Source of the DNA: an uncultured delta proteobacterium
GTDB lineage: Bacteria; Myxococcota_A; UBA9160; SMWR01
Reading direction: 5' to 3'
DNA length: 64,000 nt
NCBI GenBank assembly: GCA_963832165.1
Contig: CAWHTE010000001.1
Location: 416,001 to 480,000 of the forward strand
Below the pieces are notes generated by a model, which did no database searches, was not told the origin of the DNA, and saw nothing but the letters and a program-made list of their open reading frames with translations. Positions 49,046 through 57,358 of the stretch are shown here, piece by piece; within the stretch, counting starts at the first letter, position 1, and each line of letters opens with the position of its first letter. A program made the position numbers and the translations under genes.

Positions 49046-49458
49046 CGGATGATTCCGCCGCCGCGCGCACCGCCGCCGGGCGGCGGCGGCATCGCCGAGG
49101 GCACCACGATGCGCGACGCCTCGCGCCGGCGGATCTCACGCGCCTCCTCGAGCAGTCGGTCGACCGCCTCCTGGATCGCGGCCGGGAACTTCGCCGCGGC
49201 CTCCTCGAGCGTCGCGGCCTCGATCGGCGCCTCGACCGGCAGCGGACCCGCCTGGGACATCAGCGTGGTCTGCGCGGAGTAGAGCGCAGGGCGGGAGGGA
49301 TCGGGGCTGCCATCGGGCCGGATCGGCGTGAGCCGGCGGATCGTCGCGATCCGGAGGTCCGTGAATACCTCCTCGCGGTAGAGGTTGTTCACGTCGACCC
49401 TGACCTCGGTGAGGGTCTGGGTCTGGAGCGGCGGATCGTCAGGGTGTTCGCTGCTCAC
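49042..49458 (-). CDS. Conserved hypothetical cytoplasmic protein
   Basis: NLYREEVFTD...IRRLTP, GPLP and ASRIVVP; strong coding bias; AGGAG RBS. Confidence 0.75.
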   Translation of the reverse strand: MSSEHPDDPPLQTQTLTEVRVDVNNLYREEVFTDLRIATIRRLTPIRPDGSPDPSRPALYSAQTTLMSQAGPLPVEAPIEAATLEEAAAKFPAAIQEAVDRLLEEAREIRRREASRIVVPSAMPPPPGGGARGGGIIR

Positions 49459-49574
49459 GGGGGCTCCTGTGCTGCGCGCTATGTGGGACCCGAAAGGCTA
49501 GCGAAGCCGAGCCGGGCCCGCGGCGTGCTAGCGTCACATCCCCTCCTTTTCGCTTCCCCCGACCGGCCTCCGCC

Positions 49575-50675
49575 ATGAACCGCGAAAATCCTCGAGCGAG
49601 CCGCATTCTGATCGTCCGGCTCTCGGCGCTCGGCGACGTCGTTCACGCGTTGCCGATGCTCGACGCGCTGCGCCGTGCGGAACCCGACGCGCACATCGGG
49701 TGGCTCGTGGAGGAGAGGGCGGCGTCGCTGCTCGCGAACCACCCGCAGATCGACCGCCTGTGGGTGGCGCCGCGCGCGCAGGTCGCAGGGCTCCTGCGCC
49801 GCGGGCGCGTGATCGCGGCGCTGCGGCTGCTCACGGGCTTCGTGCGCGAACTCCGCGCGGCGCGCTACGAGCTCGTGATCGACGCCCACAGCAATGCGCG
49901 CTCGAGCCTTCTCGCAATGTGCTCGGGCGCACCGCGCCGGATCGGCTTTGCGCATGGCTATGCGAAGGAGGGCGCGGGCTGGCTCTATACCGATCGCATC
50001 GTGCCTGCGCGGCCGATCCAGCTCAAGGTACAGCGCGCGCTCGACCTGCTGCGCCCGCTCGGAATCGAGACGCGTGGCGCGCGTGCGGTGCTCGGGATTG
50101 CCGACTCGGCGCGCACGTGGGCGCACGCGCAAATACAGGCGCTCGGAGGCCGGCCCGTGGTGGCGATCCATCCCGGTGTATCGGACTTCGGTGCGATCAA
50201 GCAGTGGGATCCGGTGCGCTTCGGCCGCACGGCGATTCGGCTCGCGCGCGAGCGCGGTGCGCGCTGCCTCGTCACCTGGGGACCCGGCGAGCGCGACCTC
50301 GCGCTGCGCGTGGTCGAGGCTTCGGAGGGCTGCGCCGAGCTCGGCCCCGAGACCGGCTCGATCCTCGAGCTCGCCGCGCTCTACGAAGCCTGTGACCTCG
50401 TGATCGGCGTCGACACGGGTCCGCTCCATCTCGCAGCGGCGCTCGGCGTCCCGGTCGTGGGCCTGTACGGGCCCAAGGACCCGGCGATCTACGCGCCCTG
50501 GGATGCGCGCACGGGCGGTGCGGCGCCGGTCGTACGGCGACCCGTCTACTGCAGCCCGTGCAACCGGCGCACGTGCTCGAACATCATCTGCATGCCCGCG
50601 ATCCAGGTGGGCGACGTCGTCGCGGCCGCGCGCGCCTCGCTCGGCGAAGAGCTGCGCGTCGCGAGCGGATCCTGA
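49575..50675 (+). CDS. Glycosyltransferase family 9 (LPS heptosyltransferase-like)
   Basis: RLSALGDVVH, IHPG, KQW and DTGPLHLAAALG. Confidence 0.9.
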   Translation: MNRENPRASRILIVRLSALGDVVHALPMLDALRRAEPDAHIGWLVEERAASLLANHPQIDRLWVAPRAQVAGLLRRGRVIAALRLLTGFVRELRAARYELVIDAHSNARSSLLAMCSGAPRRIGFAHGYAKEGAGWLYTDRIVPARPIQLKVQRALDLLRPLGIETRGARAVLGIADSARTWAHAQIQALGGRPVVAIHPGVSDFGAIKQWDPVRFGRTAIRLARERGARCLVTWGPGERDLALRVVEASEGCAELGPETGSILELAALYEACDLVIGVDTGPLHLAAALGVPVVGLYGPKDPAIYAPWDARTGGAAPVVRRPVYCSPCNRRTCSNIICMPAIQVGDVVAAARASLGEELRVASGS

Positions 50676-51650
50676 TCACGGCTCGATGATCACCTTGCCG
50701 TAGGTCTCGCGGCTCGCGAGTGCCGCGAGCGCGGTCGGGACTTCGTCGAGCTTGTAGCGCCGGTAGATGACGGGCTTGATCTGCCCGCGCGCGTGGAGCC
50801 GGAACAGCGCTTTGAAGCAGTCGGTGACCCGCGCGGGATCCTTCTCTGCGTGCGCGCCCCAGTGCAGGCCCGTCACGGCGATGTTCTTGAGCAGGATCCG
50901 GTTGGCCTTGATCGCGGGAATCTCGCCGCCTGCGAACCCGATGATCACGAGGCGGCCGTTCCACGCGATGCACTTGAGACTCTTGTCGGTGATGTCGCCG
51001 CCGACCGAGTCGTAGATCACGTCGGCGCCGTGGCCGTCCGTGAGCGCGAGGACCCGCTCGGTGAAATCTTCGCTGCGGTAGTCGATCGCGACCTCGGCGC
51101 CCTCGCGCAGCGCGATCTCGCACTTGTCGCGCCCGCCCGCGGTGGCGATCACGCGCGCGCCGAGCGCACGCCCGATCTGGACCGCGGCGACGCCGACGCC
51201 CCCCGCGGCCGCGTGCACGAGCAGAGTCTCCCCCTCGCGCAGATCACCGCGGTAGACGAGGCCCGCGTACGAGGTCGGATAGATCACCGGGAGCGCGGCG
51301 CCCTCGTCGAACGTCATGCTGTCGGGCAGCACGTGCACGCCGCGCGCATCGGCGACGGCGAGCTCGGCGAACCCCCCCGTGTTGCCGGACGAGAGCACGC
51401 GATCACCGGGGCGGATGCCGGTGACGCTTTCGCCGACCTCGCGCACGACGCCCGCGAGCTCGGCGCCCGGAATGAACGGGAACTTCGGCTTCACCTGATA
51501 GCGGCCCTGCACGATCAGTGTGTCGAAGAAGTTGCAGCCCGCGGCGCGGACCTCGATCAGCACGCCGTTCGGCGTCAGGCGAGGCTCGGGGGCCTCGCGT
51601 ACGGTGAGCTCCGAGGGATCCATCCAGCGGTCGACGACGATCGCGCGCAT
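50676..51650 (-). CDS. NADPH:quinone oxidoreductase (MDR family)
   Basis: GRYQVKPKFPFIPGAE, LVHAAAGGVG and IGFAGG. Confidence 0.9.
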   Translation of the reverse strand: MRAIVVDRWMDPSELTVREAPEPRLTPNGVLIEVRAAGCNFFDTLIVQGRYQVKPKFPFIPGAELAGVVREVGESVTGIRPGDRVLSSGNTGGFAELAVADARGVHVLPDSMTFDEGAALPVIYPTSYAGLVYRGDLREGETLLVHAAAGGVGVAAVQIGRALGARVIATAGGRDKCEIALREGAEVAIDYRSEDFTERVLALTDGHGADVIYDSVGGDITDKSLKCIAWNGRLVIIGFAGGEIPAIKANRILLKNIAVTGLHWGAHAEKDPARVTDCFKALFRLHARGQIKPVIYRRYKLDEVPTALAALASRETYGKVIIEP

Positions 51651-51720
51651 TCGGTTTCTCCAAATCGGTCCGCCTACGGTGCCAGCTACAATGGCCTCCC
51701 GCAAAGCCGGAAGGAGCCCC

Positions 51721-52914
51721 ATGGCGAAAGTCCCCGACCTCGAAGCGCGCAAGCAGGAGGTCTGCGACACCGTCGAGCGCATGCGCGGCGATCTGGTGCG
51801 GCTGTCCCGGGAGATCCACGCGCGGCCCGAGCTCGCGTTCGAGGAGCGCTTCGCGAGCGCGCGCCTCGTCGAAGTGCTGCGCGGCGCCGGGCTCGAAGTC
51901 ACGGAGGGCGCCTACGGGCTGTCGACCGCGTTCGCGGCCGAGTTCGGCAGCGTGGGCGGGCCGTGCGTTGCAGTGCTGGCCGAATACGATGCGCTGCCCG
52001 AGATCGGTCATGCCTGCGGGCACAACCTGATCGCCACCGCGGGCATCGGCGCGGGACTCGCGCTCGCGGCGCTCGGCGCGCGCCTGCCCGGGCGCGTGCG
52101 CGTGCTCGGCACTCCGGCCGAGGAGCGCGGCTGTGGCAAGGAGCTGATGGCGCGAGAGGGCGCGCTCGCGGGCGTGGACGCGGCGATCATGATGCACCCC
52201 TCGAGCATCAACCTCGTGAGCATGCCGTGCGTGTGCATGGCGGAGCTCGACGTCGTCTACCGCGGGCAGGCGGCCCACGCGGCGGCGATGCCGGACCGCG
52301 GGATCAACGCGCTCGATGCGCTCGTGCTCGCCTATCAGGGCATCGCGGCGCTGCGCCAGCACATCCGGTCGACCGAGCGGATCCACGGCATCTTCACCGA
52401 CGGCGGTCAGGCGCCGAACGTCGTGCCCGAGCGCGCCGCGGGGCGCTTCTACGTGCGCGCGGCCACGCGTTCCGAGCTCGAAGTGCTCAAGCCGCGCGTC
52501 GAGGGCTGCTTCCGCGCCGGCGCCGCGGCCACGGGCGCCGAGCTCGAGCTGCGCTGGGCCGAGGCCGACTATCTCGATTTCCGCTTCAACGAGCCGCTCG
52601 CGAGCGCGTTCCGGCACAACGCGGAGCGGCTCGGCCGCGAGTTCTTCCCCTACGACAAGCTGCCGACGAGTCTCCAGGGCAGCACCGACATGGGCAACAT
52701 CTCCCAGCGCGTTCCGTCGATCCACCCGATGCTGGCCGCGGCGCCTCCGCACTGCACGATCCACAACTCCGAGTTCACGAAGTGGGCGGGCTCGGAGATG
52801 GGCGATGGCGCCGCGATCGACGGCGCGAAGGCGCTCGCGATGACGGCGCTCGACTTCCTGGGCGACGCCGAGCTGCGCGAACGGACCCGCGCGTCGTTCG
52901 GATCCGCGGGATGA
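51721..52914 (+). CDS. M20 family amidohydrolase (PM20D2-like)
   Basis: EYDALP, GHACGHN, GTPAEE and GSTDMGN. Confidence 0.9.
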   Translation: MAKVPDLEARKQEVCDTVERMRGDLVRLSREIHARPELAFEERFASARLVEVLRGAGLEVTEGAYGLSTAFAAEFGSVGGPCVAVLAEYDALPEIGHACGHNLIATAGIGAGLALAALGARLPGRVRVLGTPAEERGCGKELMAREGALAGVDAAIMMHPSSINLVSMPCVCMAELDVVYRGQAAHAAAMPDRGINALDALVLAYQGIAALRQHIRSTERIHGIFTDGGQAPNVVPERAAGRFYVRAATRSELEVLKPRVEGCFRAGAAATGAELELRWAEADYLDFRFNEPLASAFRHNAERLGREFFPYDKLPTSLQGSTDMGNISQRVPSIHPMLAAAPPHCTIHNSEFTKWAGSEMGDGAAIDGAKALAMTALDFLGDAELRERTRASFGSAG

Positions 52915-53483
52915 ACCTGAACCCGCTCCAGAAGATCGACCCGAGCGCGTGGATCGCCCCCTCGGCCGTGCTCTCTGGCGCAGTGGCGATCGACGCGGGC
53001 GTGTCGGTCTGGCACAACGCGGTGATGCGCGCTGAATGTGAGGAGATCCGGATCGGCCGCATGACCAACATCCAGGACTTCGTGATGATCCACGTCGGCT
53101 TCTCCGCGCCGACGCGGATCGGCGAGTTCTGCTCGATCACGCACCACGCCACCGTGCACGGCTGCACGATCGAAGATCATTGCCTGATCGGGATCAACGC
53201 GGTGGTGATGGACGGCGCGGTGATCGGGCGCGGCTCGATCGTCGCGGGCGGGGCGCTCGTGCCCGAAGGGCGCGAGTATCCGCCGGGGTCCGTGATCGCG
53301 GGGATTCCGGCGAAGGTGATCGCACAGCGCGACAGCGCGCGCGCGAACCGGCTCAACGCCTGGGTGTACCACCGCAACGCCCAGGCCACGCGGCGCGGCG
53401 AGCAACGCGCGTGGACCGGCACGGAATACGAAGTCTGGATCGCCAGGAAGCGCGCCGAGATCGAGCGCGACGCCGATCTGTAG
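52911..53483 (+). CDS. Gamma carbonic anhydrase family (hexapeptide repeat) protein
   Basis: TNIQDFVMIH, ITHHATVHGC and hexapeptide repeats. Confidence 0.9.
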   Translation: MNLNPLQKIDPSAWIAPSAVLSGAVAIDAGVSVWHNAVMRAECEEIRIGRMTNIQDFVMIHVGFSAPTRIGEFCSITHHATVHGCTIEDHCLIGINAVVMDGAVIGRGSIVAGGALVPEGREYPPGSVIAGIPAKVIAQRDSARANRLNAWVYHRNAQATRRGEQRAWTGTEYEVWIARKRAEIERDADL

Positions 53484-53581
53484 GGCGGGAGGAGCGAGCG
53501 AAGCGAGCGGATCCCGCCGGGACCATGGTCGCGTTCGTCGCGAGGGCTGTAACGGCGGGATCGCTTCGCTCTCCCGCCCTA
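53481..53581. repeat. Long imperfect inverted repeat between convergent genes (REP-like or bidirectional terminator)
   Basis: TAGGGCGGGAG..AGCGAAGC..GATCCCGCCG pairs with CGGCGGGATC GCTTCGCT CTCCCGCCCTA. Confidence 0.65.
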
Positions 53582-54214
53582 CGAGCTACCAGAAGGCGAC
53601 AGGCCGCGGAACAAGAGGTCGACCGACTCGTCGACGGCGCGCCGGCACGCGGATTCCGAGAGCAGCCCGTTCGCCCAGCTGATGCGCGCGCCGCTCGCGA
53701 CGTGGAACAGCGCGCGGCCCGCGGCGAGCGCGTCGACGCCCGGCGCGAGGTCGCGGCGACCGGACTGCAGGATCTCCGTGAGCAGGCCGATCGCGCGGTC
53801 CTGCAGCGCGAGCGCACGCCGCGCGACCGGCGCCTCGGGATAGGTGGTGGCGCGCAGCGCGATCACCACGAGGTCGGCGTCCGAGGCGAGCAGCGCGTGC
53901 TGCACCTCGAGGAAGCGCTGCACGCGCACGCGAGTGGGAGCGGACTTGTCGTCGGAGTGCCGGAAGCGCACCCACGCCTCTTCCTGGAGTTCGGCGAGCT
54001 CGAGCACGAGCAGCTCGTGCTTCGATCGCACGTGGCGGTAGATCGAGCTCGCACCCATCCCTGCGCGCTCGCCGATCGCGCGCAGCGTGGTGCCGTCGAA
54101 TCCCCGCTCGTGAAACAGCTCGCGCGCCGCGGCGCGGATGCGCGCGCGGCTGCGCCGGCCGCGAACCAGCCGCCCGTCGTCGGACCGCAGGCGCTCAGTC
54201 GCCGGCGCGCTCAC
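53579..54214 (-). CDS. TetR family transcriptional regulator
   Basis: IRAAARELFHERGFDGTTLRAIGERAGMGASSIYRHVRSK. Confidence 0.88.
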   Translation of the reverse strand: MSAPATERLRSDDGRLVRGRRSRARIRAAARELFHERGFDGTTLRAIGERAGMGASSIYRHVRSKHELLVLELAELQEEAWVRFRHSDDKSAPTRVRVQRFLEVQHALLASDADLVVIALRATTYPEAPVARRALALQDRAIGLLTEILQSGRRDLAPGVDALAAGRALFHVASGARISWANGLLSESACRRAVDESVDLLFRGLSPSGSS

Positions 54215-55040
54215 GCAGCTCCGAAGGGGATGCGAGCAGCAGCTCGGGGCTCTCGAGGTGCACCTTCACGCCGTTCGTATATCCGAACGAGTAGAGGCCG
54301 TCCTCCACGCGCTCGTCCCAGGTCCAGAACACGTTCACGATCCGGCGTCCGGTCGGCCCGGTCTTCACGCGCCCCATCACGCAGAACGCCGAGCACGTGC
54401 CGCGCTCCCAGAGGTGGTGGAAGCCCGCGTCGTGCCCGACCGAGCCCAGGTTCCCGACGAACACGGTGGAATACATCGGGTCGGGCTCGATCATCGCGAG
54501 TGGGAGCAATCCGAACCGGTCGAGCACGTCCGCGCCGCGCACGAGCGCCCCCGTGATCACGTTGGGCAGCCGCAGGAGGAGCCGCGTCTCCTTGTCGCTC
54601 GTCGACTCGACGCCGCGGCGCGCGGGCTGGAGCTTCTCGTAGACGCCGTCGATCATCTCGTCGAGTGATTCGCGCTCGGGGTCGAAGCCGCGCTTGATCG
54701 TGAGCAGGGCGGCCGAGTTGGAGAGCTCGCGCTTGGCGCTGAACGTCAGGTAGATGCCGCGGCGCTGCCAGAGCCGGCCGCCCTTCACGAAGCGGTTGAC
54801 GCGCGGGCGCAGCGCGATGCCCTGCGCGACCGCGCGCAAGAGCAAGTGGAACAACGTCGCGGGGCGATCCGGCGACCGCGTCCGGTTGTGCTTCTCGAGG
54901 AACTCGATCGCGGCCTCCACCTCGATCTCGTCGGGCAGGTAGAAGAGCGAATCGTTCCGCCGCGGCGATACGTGCGGAAGGATCTGCCGCAATGCGGGTG
55001 CACCGCGAACGAGATCGGCGTCGGGTCGGCGTCCGAACAT
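54195..55040 (-). CDS. Stand-alone 2-oxo-acid dehydrogenase E2 catalytic-domain-like protein
   Basis: RPRVNRFV, FVGNLGSVG and TWDERVEDG; no lipoyl domain. Confidence 0.75.
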   Translation of the reverse strand: MFGRRPDADLVRGAPALRQILPHVSPRRNDSLFYLPDEIEVEAAIEFLEKHNRTRSPDRPATLFHLLLRAVAQGIALRPRVNRFVKGGRLWQRRGIYLTFSAKRELSNSAALLTIKRGFDPERESLDEMIDGVYEKLQPARRGVESTSDKETRLLLRLPNVITGALVRGADVLDRFGLLPLAMIEPDPMYSTVFVGNLGSVGHDAGFHHLWERGTCSAFCVMGRVKTGPTGRRIVNVFWTWDERVEDGLYSFGYTNGVKVHLESPELLLASPSELRERAGD

Positions 55041-55093
55041 GGCGGGCTTCCTGACGGGGGGAGGAAGTGGCAGATCCGGGGACTCGATCGGGT

Positions 55094-55639
55094 CTAGGCG
55101 CCTTCGCGCGAAACCGGCGGTGTGGTGCCCGGCTCCGGCAGATTGAGGACTTCGCGCGGGAATGCGTTGACGAGGAAGTTCACCACGTCGCGCACCGAGA
55201 TCACGCACACCGGACGATGCTCGTCGTCGACCACCGGCACGTGCCGGAATCCGCCGACCGACATCTTGTTGAGCACGTACGCGACCGTGGCGCGCGCGGA
55301 GAGATTGTCGGGGTTGGGCGTCATCACTTCGCCGATCGGCAGCGCCGCAGGGTTGCGCCCCTTGTCGACGATCCGGAACAGCACGTCGCGCTCCGTGAAG
55401 ATCCCGATCAACTTGCTGCGCGTGGTGCCGTCGTCGGTCACCAGCACGCATCCGCGGTGCTCGCGCTGCATCGCGCGCATCGCCTCGGTGACGGTCGAGC
55501 TCGGCGAGAGCGTGAGCGGACGCTGGACCGGCATCACTCCGAGCGGCTCGCGCAAGAGGCGCGCGTCGAAGCCGTCGGAGCCGCGTCGCGCCGGCTCGAA
55601 GTAGGGCTCGTCGTCCAGATCATCTCGTACGTCGACCAT
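55094..55639 (-). CDS. CBS domain-pair protein
   Basis: LIGIFTERD, EVMTPNP and GFRHVPVVD...ISVRD. Confidence 0.88.
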   Translation of the reverse strand: MVDVRDDLDDEPYFEPARRGSDGFDARLLREPLGVMPVQRPLTLSPSSTVTEAMRAMQREHRGCVLVTDDGTTRSKLIGIFTERDVLFRIVDKGRNPAALPIGEVMTPNPDNLSARATVAYVLNKMSVGGFRHVPVVDDEHRPVCVISVRDVVNFLVNAFPREVLNLPEPGTTPPVSREGA

Positions 55640-56177
55640 GGGCACCCCTCCGATACGACCCACCCACGCCAGGCGGACGGTGGCCGCGCGGGCTTCACAC
55701 CCTTTTTACCACCGAACCGCGGGACGACCAAACGACCGGCAACTCCACCCAGTAGGTCCCGGACGGAGCGCGCTTTCATCGGCACGTCTCGAGCGTGCGA
55801 CTCGCGCTCCAAACCGCGGGGAAGCCTCGCTTTTTGGTTGATCGGCGGGCGGCGCGGCGCGTATCGTGGGCGCGGTGCTCGTTCCAACGGCCCGGGTCCG
55901 GTGTTCGTGCCGTGGTCGATCGCGCCCTCGGGTGGCGATTCCACGGGTCGGCAGACGGACACCGCTGGGTGTCGTGGCAAGCAAGGTGGAGCCGCGGCAA
56001 CCGTTGGAGCGCCGGCGCCCGGGAGTGGATGACCTCTCCCGGGCGCCATCTCTCTTCGCTCGCCTTCGGCTCGCTGCGCGTCGGCCGACGAAGTCGGCCT
56101 CCTTGCGGGTTTCCTTTCGCGGGTTGAACTCGATGCCGCATCGGCGACCGTCCCCGGATCCAAGCGGGAGACGAGTG

Positions 56178-57194
56178 ATGGCGTCTGCAGTCCTGAACAC
56201 CCTCGACGGGCTCGATCGCGAGCTAGAGACCGTGTTGACGTCGTTCGACACGAGTTATGCGTGGAACTACGGCAGCGTGAAAGAGGGCCTGCGCGATCTC
56301 TACGAGAAGTCGAAGCGCGAGCAGTGGAACGGCACCACGCAGCTCGCATGGGATACGTACGTCGATCCCGAGGCCGAGATCGTCCCGTCGGCAATCAATC
56401 CGCTGCGCGACTATCCGCCGTTCCAGAAGCTCAACGCGAAGGAGCTCGCGCATGCGCGCCACGCGCAGCTCTCGCTCCAGCTCTCGCAGTTCCTGCACGG
56501 CGAGCAGGGCGCGATGATCGTGGCCTCGCAGCTCGTCGGCGGCGTGCCCTGGATCGAGGCGAAGTGGTACGCGAGCTCGCAGACGATGGACGAGGCGCGC
56601 CACGTCGAGGTGTTCAGCCGCTACGTGCGCGAGAAGCTGGAATGGGAGTGGCCGATCACCAAGTCGCTCAAGGAGCTGCTCGACGCCACGATCAGCGACT
56701 CGCGCTGGGACTTCAAATATCTCGGCATGCAGATCCTCATCGAAGGTCTCGCGATGGCCGCGTTCGGGAATCTGTTCCAGATCGCGCAGGAGCCGCTGCT
56801 CAAGGAGCTGCTCAAGTACGTGATGCGCGACGAGTCGCGCCACGTCGCGTTCGGCGTGGTCTCGCTGCGCGACTACTACGACGACATGCCCGCGAACGAG
56901 CTCGCCGATCGCGAGGATTTCATCATCTACGCGTCCGAGCTCATGCGCGACCGCCTGGTCGGCAGCGACTTCGCGCGCGCGATGGGCTGGAACGTCGAGG
57001 AGGTCCAGCAGGTGGTGCTCACCTCCGAGGTGGGCCGGATCTTCCGCAGCATGCTGTTCCAGCGGATCGTCCCGAACCTGAAGAGGCTGAACCTGCTCAC
57101 GCCGAAGGTGCGCGCGGCCTACACGAGGCTCGGCCTGATCCAGTTCGAGGACTTCGATTCGGCTGAGGCCGATCGCCGGCTCGGGTTCCTCTGA
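56178..57194 (+). CDS. Ferritin-like di-iron protein (AurF-like family)
   Basis: QFLHGEQGA, MDEARH, LIEGLA and RDESRH. Confidence 0.82.
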   Translation: MASAVLNTLDGLDRELETVLTSFDTSYAWNYGSVKEGLRDLYEKSKREQWNGTTQLAWDTYVDPEAEIVPSAINPLRDYPPFQKLNAKELAHARHAQLSLQLSQFLHGEQGAMIVASQLVGGVPWIEAKWYASSQTMDEARHVEVFSRYVREKLEWEWPITKSLKELLDATISDSRWDFKYLGMQILIEGLAMAAFGNLFQIAQEPLLKELLKYVMRDESRHVAFGVVSLRDYYDDMPANELADREDFIIYASELMRDRLVGSDFARAMGWNVEEVQQVVLTSEVGRIFRSMLFQRIVPNLKRLNLLTPKVRAAYTRLGLIQFEDFDSAEADRRLGFL

Positions 57195-57306
57195 TCAGAT
57201 CCCGCGCGGGCACTGCCGTCGCGTTGCAGAAATAACAACACCGCGGTGCTTCTTACAGCGTTCGGGAGGCGCGGCGCGCATTCGCTTCATCGTTCGGGTC
57301 TCCCGT

Positions 57307-57322
57307 TGGCCCGGAACTTGCT
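57307..57322 (+). promoter_or_regulatory. Candidate sigma54 promoter TGGCCCGGAACTTGCT
   Basis: TGGC-N7-TTGCT, 36 bp upstream of the GTG; AGGAG RBS follows. Confidence 0.65.
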
Positions 57323-57358
57323 CCTTGCGGAATCTACCCAGCTGCAGAGGTAGGAGAC

